Assembly (NCBI GenBank): GCA_963755125.1 | Contig: CAVWIP010000012.1 | Location: 64,001-128,000, forward strand | Length of the DNA stretch: 64,000 nucleotides | Origin: an uncultured delta proteobacterium | Lineage (GTDB): Bacteria; Myxococcota_A; Polyangia; Fen-1088 | Direction: 5' to 3' | Shown here: positions 28,861-38,410 of the stretch, piece after piece | Layout of the letters: each line of letters begins with the position of its first letter | Position numbering within the stretch: the first letter of the stretch is position 1 | The notes under the pieces: generated by a model | What the model saw: only the letters and a program-made list of their open reading frames with translations | The model's database searches: none | Told to the model about the DNA's origin: nothing | Position numbers and translations under genes: made by a program

Positions 28861-30027
28861 ATGCGTAGGATCGTAGTAGGGTTGCTGTTGATGGGCGTGA
28901 GCTGGGCAACGCCCGCGCTGGCGAAAGAGACCATCAAGGTTGGGGCCATCCTGGGCGTGACCGGCCCGGCAGCCAACCTGGGCGGCCCCGAGGCGCGCAC
29001 CCTGGAAATGCTGGTGCAGGAGTTGAACAAGAAGGGCGGCATCAAGGGCAATCCCGTCGAGCTGATCGTCAAGGATTCCAGCGCCAGTCCCGAGAAGGCC
29101 ATCTCCTTTGCCAAGCAGCTCATCGACGAGGACAAGGTCTTCGCCATCATCGGCCCGTCAACCAGCGGCGAGACCATGAAGATCAAGACCCTGGCCGAAG
29201 ACGGCAAGACCATCCTGCTGTCCTGCGCGGCGGCCGAGGCCATCGTCAAGCCGGTGGGCAAGTACGTGTTCAAGACTCCGCAGAACGACAGCCACGCCGT
29301 TCGCAAGATCTACGAGCAGATGCAGAAGGCTGGCATCGGCAAGATCGGTGTCGTCTCCAGCAACACCGGCTTCGGCAAGGCGGGCAAGGAACAGCTGGAG
29401 AAGCTCGCGCCCGAGTACGGCATCACCATCGTAGCCAACGAGGTCTACGACAAGGAGGCCACTGACCTGACCGCAGTGGTGACCAAGCTGAAGGCCGCGG
29501 GCGTGCAAGCCTTCGTCAACTGGTCCATCGAGCCTGCCCAGGCCATCGTCATCAAGAACGCCCGGCAGATCGGGCTGGAGATCCCGATCTTTCAAAGCCA
29601 CGGTTTCGGCAACATCCAGTACGCGAAGGCCGCGGGCGCGGCTGCCGAGGGCGTGATCTTCCCCGCCGGCCGGCTGCTGGCGGCTGAGTCACTTCCTGCC
29701 GCCAGCAAGCAAAAGCCTCTGTTGGTCAAGTACAAGAAAGACTACGAGTCACGCCTTCACGAGGACGCCAGCACCTTTGGCGGCCATGCCTACGACGCCT
29801 TCATGATCCTGGTCAAAGCCATCGAGACGGCCGGTCTGGACAAGGAGAAGGTCCGCACCGCCATCGAGAACACGCAGGGTCTGGTCGGCACCGCCGGTGT
29901 GTTCAATTTCTCGGCCCAGGACCACAACGGCCTGGCGCTCGACGCCTTCGAGATGCTGACCGTGAAGAACGGCAAGTTCGTGCCCTACGTCGAGCCCGCG
30001 GCCCTCAACGGCGTGAAGAACAGGTAG
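28861..30027 (+). CDS. ABC transporter substrate-binding protein, LivJ/branched-chain amino acid type
   Basis: Signal peptide, IKVGAIL..TGPAANLG, AIIGPSTSG, HAYDA, GTAGVFNFS..DHNGL. Confidence 0.9.
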   Translation: MRRIVVGLLLMGVSWATPALAKETIKVGAILGVTGPAANLGGPEARTLEMLVQELNKKGGIKGNPVELIVKDSSASPEKAISFAKQLIDEDKVFAIIGPSTSGETMKIKTLAEDGKTILLSCAAAEAIVKPVGKYVFKTPQNDSHAVRKIYEQMQKAGIGKIGVVSSNTGFGKAGKEQLEKLAPEYGITIVANEVYDKEATDLTAVVTKLKAAGVQAFVNWSIEPAQAIVIKNARQIGLEIPIFQSHGFGNIQYAKAAGAAAEGVIFPAGRLLAAESLPAASKQKPLLVKYKKDYESRLHEDASTFGGHAYDAFMILVKAIETAGLDKEKVRTAIENTQGLVGTAGVFNFSAQDHNGLALDAFEMLTVKNGKFVPYVEPAALNGVKNR

Positions 30028-30181
30028 GGGGCGACCTGCGGTCGCCCGAACGGCATGAGGTCGCGCATTTCGCCTAGCCCGCATTATTCGCCATGATCGG
30101 ATTGCCGACGGTCACACCGCAACAGACTGGTTCGGACGCACTGAAGTGTGGCGGGCTAGGGCGACCGCAGGTCGCCCCTAC
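30024..30181. repeat. GTAG-family REP doublet (REPIN-like inverted pair)
   Basis: GTAGGGGGCGACCTGCGGTCGCCC (30024-30047) and GGGCGACCGCAGGTCGCCCCTAC (30159-30181) are reverse complements apart from one G. Each copy is itself a hairpin. Confidence 0.85.
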
Positions 30182-30300
30182 CGATGATGGCCGTGATCTC
30201 GCCCTTCATATCTCAAACTCGCAGTTCCTCTCCTGGCCGAGTTCGCGAGGAGAAAGGTCCGGTCTGCTCCATGCCGTATCTGGTTGCGCAGTTCCGCTGT

Positions 30301-31896
30301 TCAGTCGGCTACCCGCCGCCCCGATTCAGCCGCCAGCCTGGCCAGCCGGGCGGTGGTCGCGTGGTCCGCGCGTAGCGTGTCCACCTCCATGGGCATACGG
30401 TATGTCCAGTTACGGTCATTGACCGTGCCCGGGACGTTCACACGCTCGCGCGTGCCGAGAACATCCTGGAAGGGCAGCAGGCACAGTTCCGAGGGCGCGG
30501 CGTAGAGCACGCGCAGAAGGGCGTCGCGAACCCGGTCGTCGAAACGCTGGTGCGGGTCGATGCCCTGCAGCGCCGGCAAGCTGGTGAACAGCCGCCGCTC
30601 GTCGGGCGAGATGGCGTCCCACCACTCGGCCTGCATCTCGGTGTCATGCGTGCCTGAACTGGCCACCGAGATCGCAGGCCAGCCCGCCGGGTCGTGCAGC
30701 CGGGTCTCTTTCCTGCCGTCGCGCCACACGTCGGTCTTCTCCCAGCGCAGAACGCGATAGCCAGGCAACCCCAGCCGCGCCAACGAGGGCCGCAAGAACT
30801 CGGGCAGCGCGCCCAGATCCTCGGCCACCACCTGACCAAAGCCACCGATGAGGGAAAGCAGGGTCTCGCCCAGGCGGATCTGCGCCTCCTCGTCCGAGGG
30901 CGAGAAGCCCGACTTGCGGCCGTCGGCTGACCGGTAGTAGGTGCGGTACATCCCGATGACGTGGTCCACCCGGAAGAGCCCGAACATCTCGCCCGCTCGA
31001 CTGGCCCGCTGGCGCATCCAGCGAAACCCGGTGTGCTCCATGGCGCGCCAATCGTACAGCGGCAAGCCCCAGTCCTGGCCCGTCGGGGAAAACGGATCGG
31101 GTGGCGCACCCACGCGCATGTCGAGGCGGAACAGGCCGCGGTTGTTCCACACGTCCGAGGAATCACCCGACACCACAAAGGGCAGGTCCCCCATGAAGTC
31201 AACTCCCAGTGCCCGCACTTGCGAACGCGCCCGCTGCCACTGGCCGTCGAGCTGCCATTGCAACCAGCAGTGGAAGAGCAACTCGTCGACGCTCTCCTCG
31301 ATCACGCGCGAGAGCGCCGTGGGCACGCGGTCGCGCAACTCGGCCGGCCAGTCTTGCCAGTGCTTGGCCAGGCGGTCGTGCAGGACGCAATACAGGCCAT
31401 GTTCGGCCAGCCAGTCGTGCTCCTCGCGAAAACGGCGCAGCTCCAGCGCGCGGGCGCTGCGCTCGTCCCATTCTTGGTCGAGAAACCTGCGAAAGGCGCG
31501 GCGAAGCGCCCGTGTCTTCAGCGGCCGCACGCGCCGCCAGTCCACCGTGGGGCAGGCGGCAAGCTCGTCGAGCAAGCGCCGATCGGCCGGCGAGAGTGCG
31601 ACCCGTCCCCCGGCCATCACGAAGTCCTCGCACTCGTCGAGGCCCAGGTACACGGGATCGATGGCGAAAGCGGTGCTGGCCGAGTAAGGGCTGGTCTCCC
31701 CGCCGCGCACCTCGTTGACCGGAAGCAACTGCACCACGGACAGCTCGGCCTCGCGCGCCCACGCGCCCAGACGCGCCAGATCCGGGATCTCGCCCACGCC
31801 CCACCCGGTCTTGCTGCGCACGGAAAGGAGCGGGATGAGCACGCCAGCCCGTCGCGGGCGAGCAGCGCGGCGGCTATTTGTGTTTTCACTCTCCAT
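30301..31896 (-). CDS. malQ: 4-alpha-glucanotransferase (GH77 amylomaltase)
   Basis: SPYS, GDLPFVV, GAPPD.FS..GQDWGLP, FRVDHVIG, AEDLG, GTHD, NVPGT...NW. Confidence 0.93.
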   Translation of the reverse strand: MESENTNSRRAARPRRAGVLIPLLSVRSKTGWGVGEIPDLARLGAWAREAELSVVQLLPVNEVRGGETSPYSASTAFAIDPVYLGLDECEDFVMAGGRVALSPADRRLLDELAACPTVDWRRVRPLKTRALRRAFRRFLDQEWDERSARALELRRFREEHDWLAEHGLYCVLHDRLAKHWQDWPAELRDRVPTALSRVIEESVDELLFHCWLQWQLDGQWQRARSQVRALGVDFMGDLPFVVSGDSSDVWNNRGLFRLDMRVGAPPDPFSPTGQDWGLPLYDWRAMEHTGFRWMRQRASRAGEMFGLFRVDHVIGMYRTYYRSADGRKSGFSPSDEEAQIRLGETLLSLIGGFGQVVAEDLGALPEFLRPSLARLGLPGYRVLRWEKTDVWRDGRKETRLHDPAGWPAISVASSGTHDTEMQAEWWDAISPDERRLFTSLPALQGIDPHQRFDDRVRDALLRVLYAAPSELCLLPFQDVLGTRERVNVPGTVNDRNWTYRMPMEVDTLRADHATTARLARLAAESGRRVAD

Positions 31897-31946
31897 CGAG
31901 TTCTCGTAGTGCCGTATCGGGACTATGATGGAAGATTGTGCCGCCC

Positions 31947-32933
31947 ATGACTGAAAATAGTTCTACACCAACTGCAAGCGTGTCTGGTCGTCGCCTGCTC
32001 CTCACCGGGGGCGCCGGCTTCATCGGATCCCACCTGGCCGAGCGCCTGGCCGCTGACAACGAGATCGTGATTCTCGACACCCTCCGGCGCAACGCTCTGT
32101 CGTCGGCGGGCCTGGACAAGCATCCTCGCGTGAAGCTCATCAAGGGTGACGTGCTTGACAGCGCAGCGGTTCGCCAAGCCATGGAAGGCTGTGACGCGGT
32201 CATTCACCTGGCCTCTATCGCGGGCGTCGACACCGTGCTCAACAATCCCGTGCTCACCATGCGCGTGTCGCTTCTCGGCACCATGAACGTGCTGGAGGCA
32301 GCCGCAGCCAAGGGTGGCGTGCGGCGCGTGATCGACTTCTCCACCAGCGAGGTCTTCGGCCGCTACGCCTACAACGTGACCGAATGGGACGCCACCACCT
32401 TGGGCGCGGTCGGCGAAGCGCGCTGGACCTATGCGGTGGCCAAGCTGGCCACCGAGCATCTGGCCATGAACTACTGGAAGCAGTATCAGCTTCCCGCCTG
32501 TTCGGTTCGCCCGTTCAACATCTACGGTCCGCGCCAGGTTGGTGAGGGCGCGGTCCACCACTTCATCGTGCGGGCCCTGCGGGGCGAGCCCGTACAGGTG
32601 CACAACGACGGCTCGCAGATCCGGGCCTGGTGCTATGTGGACGACATCGTGGATGGGATCCTGCTGGCGCTCGAGCGCGAGCAAGCGGTCGGCCACGCCC
32701 TCAACATCGGCAACCCGCGTTCGACCCTGACCATCTACGCCCTGGCCAAGGAGATCATCCGGCTGGCCTCCAGCTCGTCCCACATCGAGCATGTGCCCTG
32801 GAAACAGGCCGACGTGGAGTTGCGCATCCCCAACATCGACAAAGCCAAGGAGCTGCTCGGCTTCCAGCCGCGCATCGATCTGGAAGAGGGCCTGTTGCGC
32901 ACCATCTACTGGTATCGCCGGCATCTGGGTTGA
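31947..32933 (+). CDS. NAD-dependent nucleotide-sugar epimerase/dehydratase
   Basis: TGGAGFIGSHL, STSEVFG, YAVAK (YxxxK), RPFNIYGPRQ. Confidence 0.9.
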   Translation: MTENSSTPTASVSGRRLLLTGGAGFIGSHLAERLAADNEIVILDTLRRNALSSAGLDKHPRVKLIKGDVLDSAAVRQAMEGCDAVIHLASIAGVDTVLNNPVLTMRVSLLGTMNVLEAAAAKGGVRRVIDFSTSEVFGRYAYNVTEWDATTLGAVGEARWTYAVAKLATEHLAMNYWKQYQLPACSVRPFNIYGPRQVGEGAVHHFIVRALRGEPVQVHNDGSQIRAWCYVDDIVDGILLALEREQAVGHALNIGNPRSTLTIYALAKEIIRLASSSSHIEHVPWKQADVELRIPNIDKAKELLGFQPRIDLEEGLLRTIYWYRRHLG

Positions 32934-32981
32934 TGAGTGTGAATCCCGCCCGCCTGTGGCAAAATCGGCCCCCTGTCCACC

Positions 32982-33920
32982 ATGACTGACGTCGTACTGC
33001 GCGCCGACGATCTGGCCAAGACCTTCAGGCTGGGGTTTCTGCGCAAGCGCATCGAGGCGGTCAAGCAGGCCAGTTTCGAGGTCCGGCGCGGCGAGATCTT
33101 CGGCTACCTCGGCCCCAACGGCTCGGGCAAGACCACCACCCTGAAGATGTTGATGGGGCTGGTCTTCCCCTCGCGCGGCCGCGCCGAGGTGCTGGGCCGG
33201 CCGGTGCCTGATCGGAAGGCCAAGCAACGTCTGGGCTACCTGCCCGAGAGCCCGTACTTCTACGACTACCTGACGCCCGAGGAATTCCTCGACCTGGTCG
33301 GTGCGTTGTTCGACGTGAAGCAGACCGAGCGCCGCGCCCGCGCGGACCGCCTCATCGAACGCGTGGGTCTGTCGTCCGCGCGCGGCCGGCCTCTGCGCAA
33401 GTTTTCCAAGGGCATGCTCCAGCGCATCGGCATCGCGCAGGCCTTGATGGGCGATCCGGAGCTGGTGGTGCTGGACGAGCCCATGACCGGGCTGGACCCC
33501 ATTGGCCGCAAGGAGATTCGTGACCTCATGCTCGACCTCAAGCACGAAGGCCGCACCGTCCTGTATTCCACGCACATCCTGCCCGACGTGGAGATGACCT
33601 GCGACCGCGTGGCCATGATCTTCGCCGGCCGCATCCGCAGCGTGGGGCCGCTGTCCGAGCTGCTCACCGCGCGCCTGCTGTCCACCGAGGTGGCGCTGCG
33701 ACCGGGCGCCGCCGGCCTGCCCGATCTGCCGGCCGGCGCGCGCAGGAGCGAAAATCCCGACGGCCTGGTCATCGACCTGCCGTCCGATGCCGACGTGGAC
33801 GCGTTTCTGCGCGCCGTACTGGCCGCGGGAGCGCGCGTCCATTCGCTGACGCCGCGCCGGGAATCGCTCGAGGATCTCTTCGTGCGCGAGGCCACCAGCC
33901 AGAGCCAGGGGGCCGCATGA
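32982..33920 (+). CDS. ABC transporter ATP-binding protein (PilH-like)
   Basis: GPNGSGKTT, FSKGMLQR, LDEPMTGLDP, STH. Confidence 0.9.
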   Translation: MTDVVLRADDLAKTFRLGFLRKRIEAVKQASFEVRRGEIFGYLGPNGSGKTTTLKMLMGLVFPSRGRAEVLGRPVPDRKAKQRLGYLPESPYFYDYLTPEEFLDLVGALFDVKQTERRARADRLIERVGLSSARGRPLRKFSKGMLQRIGIAQALMGDPELVVLDEPMTGLDPIGRKEIRDLMLDLKHEGRTVLYSTHILPDVEMTCDRVAMIFAGRIRSVGPLSELLTARLLSTEVALRPGAAGLPDLPAGARRSENPDGLVIDLPSDADVDAFLRAVLAAGARVHSLTPRRESLEDLFVREATSQSQGAA

Positions 33921-34702
33921 GGCGCATCCATGCCATCGCGTGGAACACTTTCCGCGAGGCGGTGCGGAACAAGATCCTCTACAGCCTGCTCTTCTTCGCG
34001 GTGCTGATCATCCTGTCCGCGCTCGCCATGGGCAACCTCACCTTGCACGAAGAGATCCGCATGACCCGCGACATCGGGCTGTTCGGCATCGACGCCTTTG
34101 GCGTGATCATCGCCATCTTCGTGGGGGTGAACCTGCTTTACAAGGAACTGGATCTGAAGACGGTGTACACCATCCTGCCCAAGCCGCTGCACCGCTGGGA
34201 GTTCGTGCTGGGCAAGTGGCTGGGCATGTTGCTGACCCTGGCCGTGCAGATGGGCGTCATGGGTCTGGTGCTGGGCGTGACCCTGTGGTTGCAAGGGGCG
34301 CAGTTCGACACGCCCATGCTCAAGGCGGTGTGGCTGCTCTTCGTCAACGTCATGCTGGTCACCTCCATTGCGGTGTTCTTCTCGGCTTTTTCCAGCCCGT
34401 TTCTCTCGGGCTTCTTCGCCCTCGGTTGCTTCATGGTGGGCCGCTCGGTGCCTGACATCCGTGCGCTGGCCGCCAAGCTGGGCCCCCTGGCCAAGACCGT
34501 GCTGGACACCGGCTGCACCTTGATCCCCAACATGCACCTCTTCTACCCCTCGGGCGCCATCGTGGGCGCCGAGGAAGTCTCGGTCCATCGCGACTTCGTC
34601 GGCGCGTCCTACCTGCTGACCACCACCGGGTATGGAGGGGCCTACTCGCTGATCGTGCTGATCCTCGCCATGCTGATCTTCAGGAAGAGAGACTTCGTCT
34701 GA
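33917..34702 (+). CDS. ABC-2 type permease (PilI-like)
   Basis: IAWNTFREAVRNK, TILPKPLHRWEFVLGK, about 6 TM helices, FRKRDF ending. ATGA overlap with the ATPase gene. Confidence 0.85.
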   Translation: MRRIHAIAWNTFREAVRNKILYSLLFFAVLIILSALAMGNLTLHEEIRMTRDIGLFGIDAFGVIIAIFVGVNLLYKELDLKTVYTILPKPLHRWEFVLGKWLGMLLTLAVQMGVMGLVLGVTLWLQGAQFDTPMLKAVWLLFVNVMLVTSIAVFFSAFSSPFLSGFFALGCFMVGRSVPDIRALAAKLGPLAKTVLDTGCTLIPNMHLFYPSGAIVGAEEVSVHRDFVGASYLLTTTGYGGAYSLIVLILAMLIFRKRDFV

Positions 34703-35355
34703 TGACTGTGCGACGCCCACCCCGGTGGTTGCTGGCCGCCATCGGGGTGGCGCTCGCGCTCGCCGTGGTCGCCGTCCGGCTGCTGGTCGACTCGCGCAGC
34801 GCTCTGCGCGCCGGCCAGATGTCCGAGGAGCGGGGCGACCGGCTGGAGGCCATCCGCCACTATCAGGATGCGGCCCGCCTCTATCTGCCCGGCAGCCCCA
34901 CCGTCCGCGACGCCCTGGATCGTCTGGAGGCCCTGGCCACGGCGGCCGCACAGGCGGGCGACGGGCCCGGCGTGCGCGCCGCGCTGGAGGCGGAACGGGC
35001 CGCCATCCTGTCCACGCGATCGCTGTACATTCCCAATGGATCGCGGCTGCCGCATATCGAACACCGTCTGGCTCGCCTGCTGGCTGCCACCGAGGATCGC
35101 TCGGTTGCCCCCGGGGTCAGCTTCGAAGCCAGGACCGCGTGGCATTTGCAACGGCTGGCGCGCCGGCCAGGGCCGGCCCTGGCCCACGTCGTGCTGGCGC
35201 TTGCCGGCCTGGTGCTGTGGGTGGGCGGCGCCATCGGATTTGTCAGCAGGGGTCTGGACGCCAGGCTACGCCTGCGTCGCCTCCACGCCATCGTCGCAGG
35301 CGTCATCTTCGCCCTGGGGCTGGCGATGTTCCTGGTCGGCCTGCGCCTAGCCTAG
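34702..35355 (+). CDS. Hypothetical membrane protein with helical periplasmic domain
   Basis: One N-terminal and two C-terminal TM segments; TGATG coupling to the permease gene. Confidence 0.7.
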   Translation: MTVRRPPRWLLAAIGVALALAVVAVRLLVDSRSALRAGQMSEERGDRLEAIRHYQDAARLYLPGSPTVRDALDRLEALATAAAQAGDGPGVRAALEAERAAILSTRSLYIPNGSRLPHIEHRLARLLAATEDRSVAPGVSFEARTAWHLQRLARRPGPALAHVVLALAGLVLWVGGAIGFVSRGLDARLRLRRLHAIVAGVIFALGLAMFLVGLRLA

Positions 35356-35440
35356 ACAACTTGGAAAAAACGTATTTGCGGGACATGCTCAGCTTCGCTG
35401 TCGTGTTCCGCAAAAATTGCCGAAGGTGACGCTACCAACC

Positions 35441-36691
35441 ATGCAGATCCGATGTGAACGCTGCCAGGCCGAGTACGAGCTGGACGACAGCCAGGTGCGT
35501 GGCGGCAGTGTGAGGGTCCACTGCCGGGCCTGCGGACATGTCTTCGCGGTGGCGCAGCCGGGCTCGAACCAGACCGCGGCTGGTGCGTCGGCCACTCACG
35601 CGGAAACCGCCGATTGGTTTTTGCAGACTCCTGATGGAAAGGTTCACCGTCTCCATGGCCTGGCGTCTGTGCACACCTGGATCATCGAGCACAGGATCAC
35701 CCGCCAGGACAGGATCTCCACCGACGGCCACGCCTGGCAACGCGCCAGCGAATTGGTCGAGTTGCTTCCGTTCTTCGACGTGGTGGATCAAGCCAACCGG
35801 GCTCACGCGGACGCCGAGCCTGCGCGCGACCGGGCCGGGCAGGCCAAGCCTTCCCGACGTACGGCAAACTCCCCGACCCAGCGCCGTTCATCACCCCAGG
35901 CCATGGCCATCTCGGTGCCGAACGACGAGGCTCGGGCCAGCCATCTGCGCCCACCGGTCGTTGACATGCAAACCGCGGGGGCCGGTTCGAACCTGCACGC
36001 CCATGGCGCGCTGAAGATCTTCGTCGGTCTGACCGTGGCTGCCGGGGTCGCCTATACCGGCATCCAATGGCAGCGGGGCCGCGTCCACAGCACGGCCATC
36101 GCGACCAGGGCTTCCGGCAGTATCGCGTCCTCGCCGAGCCATCCCTGGGTCCGTCCGCCCGAGGCAAAACCGGATCTGGGAGCAGGGTCTGCCGCGGTCC
36201 AGGAAGCCGATGCTGGCACGATGGCTGGCCTATCGACCAAGGGGCCTGTCGTGGAAGCTCTGCCCTCGCCGCCGCACGAGCAGGTCGAGAGCGTGCCGGA
36301 AAAGATGGCGGCGGTGGTCCGTCCCGAGTCCTACGAGAAGTTGATCGCCAACGGAGATCGCGCGCTGGAGAACGGATCGGACGGCAAGGCCAAGGATTTC
36401 TACCAGAGGGCCCTGCGCATGCGGTCGGCGGGTCCCGACGCACTGTCGGGCCTTGCCTTTGTCGCCCTTGACCGCGGCCAGATCCCAGCCTCCTACGAGC
36501 TATTCAAGCGCGCGCTGGCCGTCAAGCCGTCCTTTGGTCCGGCCTTGTTCGGCATGGCCGAGATCCATCGCGCTCGCGGCGAGAAGGCTCTGGCCTTGCA
36601 GAGCTACCGGCGCTACTTGCAACTGTGGCCCAAGGGCAGCGAAGCCGCTGCGGCACGACGCCAGGTGAAGCTGCTTCAGACGGGCAAGTAG
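35441..36691 (+). CDS. Zinc-ribbon (MJ0042-type) / GYF-like / TM / TPR protein
   Basis: CERC..VHCRACGHVF, a WII..I..DRISTDGHAW segment, one TM helix, C-terminal TPRs. Confidence 0.8.
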   Translation: MQIRCERCQAEYELDDSQVRGGSVRVHCRACGHVFAVAQPGSNQTAAGASATHAETADWFLQTPDGKVHRLHGLASVHTWIIEHRITRQDRISTDGHAWQRASELVELLPFFDVVDQANRAHADAEPARDRAGQAKPSRRTANSPTQRRSSPQAMAISVPNDEARASHLRPPVVDMQTAGAGSNLHAHGALKIFVGLTVAAGVAYTGIQWQRGRVHSTAIATRASGSIASSPSHPWVRPPEAKPDLGAGSAAVQEADAGTMAGLSTKGPVVEALPSPPHEQVESVPEKMAAVVRPESYEKLIANGDRALENGSDGKAKDFYQRALRMRSAGPDALSGLAFVALDRGQIPASYELFKRALAVKPSFGPALFGMAEIHRARGEKALALQSYRRYLQLWPKGSEAAAARRQVKLLQTGK

Positions 36692-36710
36692 CGAAGCGTG
36701 GCGGCTGCCG

Positions 36711-37529
36711 TCAACTCGTACACAGATCCTTGTTCCTGGCGATCTTCTGGATGTCGCGCAGGCGTTCCTTGACCTGCGCCGCGCGGGGGGATTTGGGATA
36801 GCGCTTGGACAGATCGAGGAAGATGGCCTTTGCGTCGGTGCAGTACTTCATGGCCACGTAGGACTCGCCCAAATACCACATGGCCTCGGGCACTTCCGGG
36901 GAGCGCGAAAAGCGTGACAAGACGGCCAGATACTCCGCGACCGCGAGGCCGTGCTTGAACTCCTGGGCGAAAGACTGCCCGACCTGCAACTGCGCCTGAG
37001 ACGCGCGCGCGTCACTGGGGAAACGCTGGATAAAGGTACGCAGAAAACGGCGGGCCTCCTCGCGCATGCCGCCCGCCAGCCGGCCCTGCGATTCCTTCCA
37101 GAGCGATTCTTTGTCCTCGGGCATGGAGGGAGCCACGCGTTCGATGATCTTCTGCTGTTCCTGCGTGGTCTTCTGCTGGGTCTGTTCCAACGCGGCCAGG
37201 TGCTTCTGCATCTCGTCGAGCAGGTGCTTGGCTTCCTCGAGTTTGCCGGTGAGGGCCGCTATGTCGCTCTCATTGTGCGCCACCTTGGTGCCAAGATCAG
37301 CCGAGTTTCGTTCGAGCAGGCCGGTGGCCTCGTCGAGCAGCTTGCGCAGACGAGCCATCTGGTCGTTGGTGCTGGTCTCGATGGCCTCCATGCGCTTGGA
37401 GAGCCGGGAGATGTCATCGCGTATCTTGTCGCCCTGATCGGTGGTCATCAGGCAACCAGACATAACCAGCACGACCACAAGCAGAGCGCCTGCGGTCGCG
37501 GTGCCAAACCTACCAGGCGCTATCGCCAT
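36711..37529 (-). CDS. cpoB: Tol-Pal-associated coiled-coil/TPR lipoprotein (CpoB/YbgF-like)
   Basis: Lipobox MSGC, coiled coil, TPRs with FP..S and YPKS..A; lies directly downstream of pal. Confidence 0.75.
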   Translation of the reverse strand: MAIAPGRFGTATAGALLVVVLVMSGCLMTTDQGDKIRDDISRLSKRMEAIETSTNDQMARLRKLLDEATGLLERNSADLGTKVAHNESDIAALTGKLEEAKHLLDEMQKHLAALEQTQQKTTQEQQKIIERVAPSMPEDKESLWKESQGRLAGGMREEARRFLRTFIQRFPSDARASQAQLQVGQSFAQEFKHGLAVAEYLAVLSRFSRSPEVPEAMWYLGESYVAMKYCTDAKAIFLDLSKRYPKSPRAAQVKERLRDIQKIARNKDLCTS

Positions 37530-38266
37530 TCGGAGTCGACGCGGCGGTCCTTGGCCCAACCGGTCTCACTGGTGCCGGTGGCATCCAAGGAGCCACGAGG
37601 CACGACGGACATCCGGCTGGCCGCGATTCCGGTTCGCTTGAAATAGTCCTTCACCGACTGAGCGCGCCGGTCAGAGAGCGCCATGTTGTACTCGGTGGTG
37701 CCACGCGGATCGGCGCGGCCGACCAGGCTGACGCTCATGTCCGTCTTCTTCAGGCAGGTCGCGTTCTGAGCCAACACGCTGGTGGCAGCCGAGGTCAGGT
37801 TCGACTTGTCGAAGTCGAAGTAAACCGACTCCAGATCACAGGGCGGCTTGACGGGCTTCTTCTCCGCGCCCACGCACAAACCGTGCACGCACTCTTGATC
37901 CTGGGCGCAGTTCTCGTCTTTGGTGCACTGGGGGGTGGCACACCGTCCGGTCATGCACAGCTTGCCCGCCGGACACTGGGTGTCGGACGTGCAGGCCTGG
38001 CAACGGTTGGCCTTGCAGATCTCACCTTCAGCACACTGGGCGGCATCCTTGCAGTAGCCGGGGATGGCGTTGCAGCGGCCGTTCGTACACTGACGACCCT
38101 CGCCGCAGTCACCGGCGTTGCGGCACTGCTGACACTTGCGCCCCACACAGAATTCCTTCTCTTTGCAATCCTTGTCAGTGTCGCAGGCAGGGTATTCGGG
38201 TTTGCACCCGGCCGCTGCCACGATCAGGAGAGCCCCGAAACATCCAAGCGCCAAAGTCTTCTTCAT
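37520..38266 (-). CDS. pal: Pal/OmpA-family peptidoglycan-associated lipoprotein with Cys-rich repeats
   Basis: Lipobox AAGC; VYFDFDKS, GRADPRGTTEYNMALSDRRAQSVK, DRRV. Confidence 0.85.
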   Translation of the reverse strand: MKKTLALGCFGALLIVAAAGCKPEYPACDTDKDCKEKEFCVGRKCQQCRNAGDCGEGRQCTNGRCNAIPGYCKDAAQCAEGEICKANRCQACTSDTQCPAGKLCMTGRCATPQCTKDENCAQDQECVHGLCVGAEKKPVKPPCDLESVYFDFDKSNLTSAATSVLAQNATCLKKTDMSVSLVGRADPRGTTEYNMALSDRRAQSVKDYFKRTGIAASRMSVVPRGSLDATGTSETGWAKDRRVDSEWR

Positions 38267-38410
38267 GTTTTGCATGGCCTTGCCTCGGCAGGTTTCTAGG
38301 GCGGCTTCGGCTCGCTGTCAACGGCCATCCATAGTCCGGGTCACTGGGGTCGTGCGGAAACCAGCCTAACATCTGAAATCGTGCTATGGGATGAGCGGAA
38401 AGCCCGTGGA

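Noticed and set aside
19411..33842. Long antisense or alternate-frame ORFs (e.g. 19411-21309 +, 31923-33842 -, also 12391-13668 +, 45164-46726 +)
   Set aside because: Shadow frames of well-supported genes, expected with high GC3 codon bias; no recognisable motifs.
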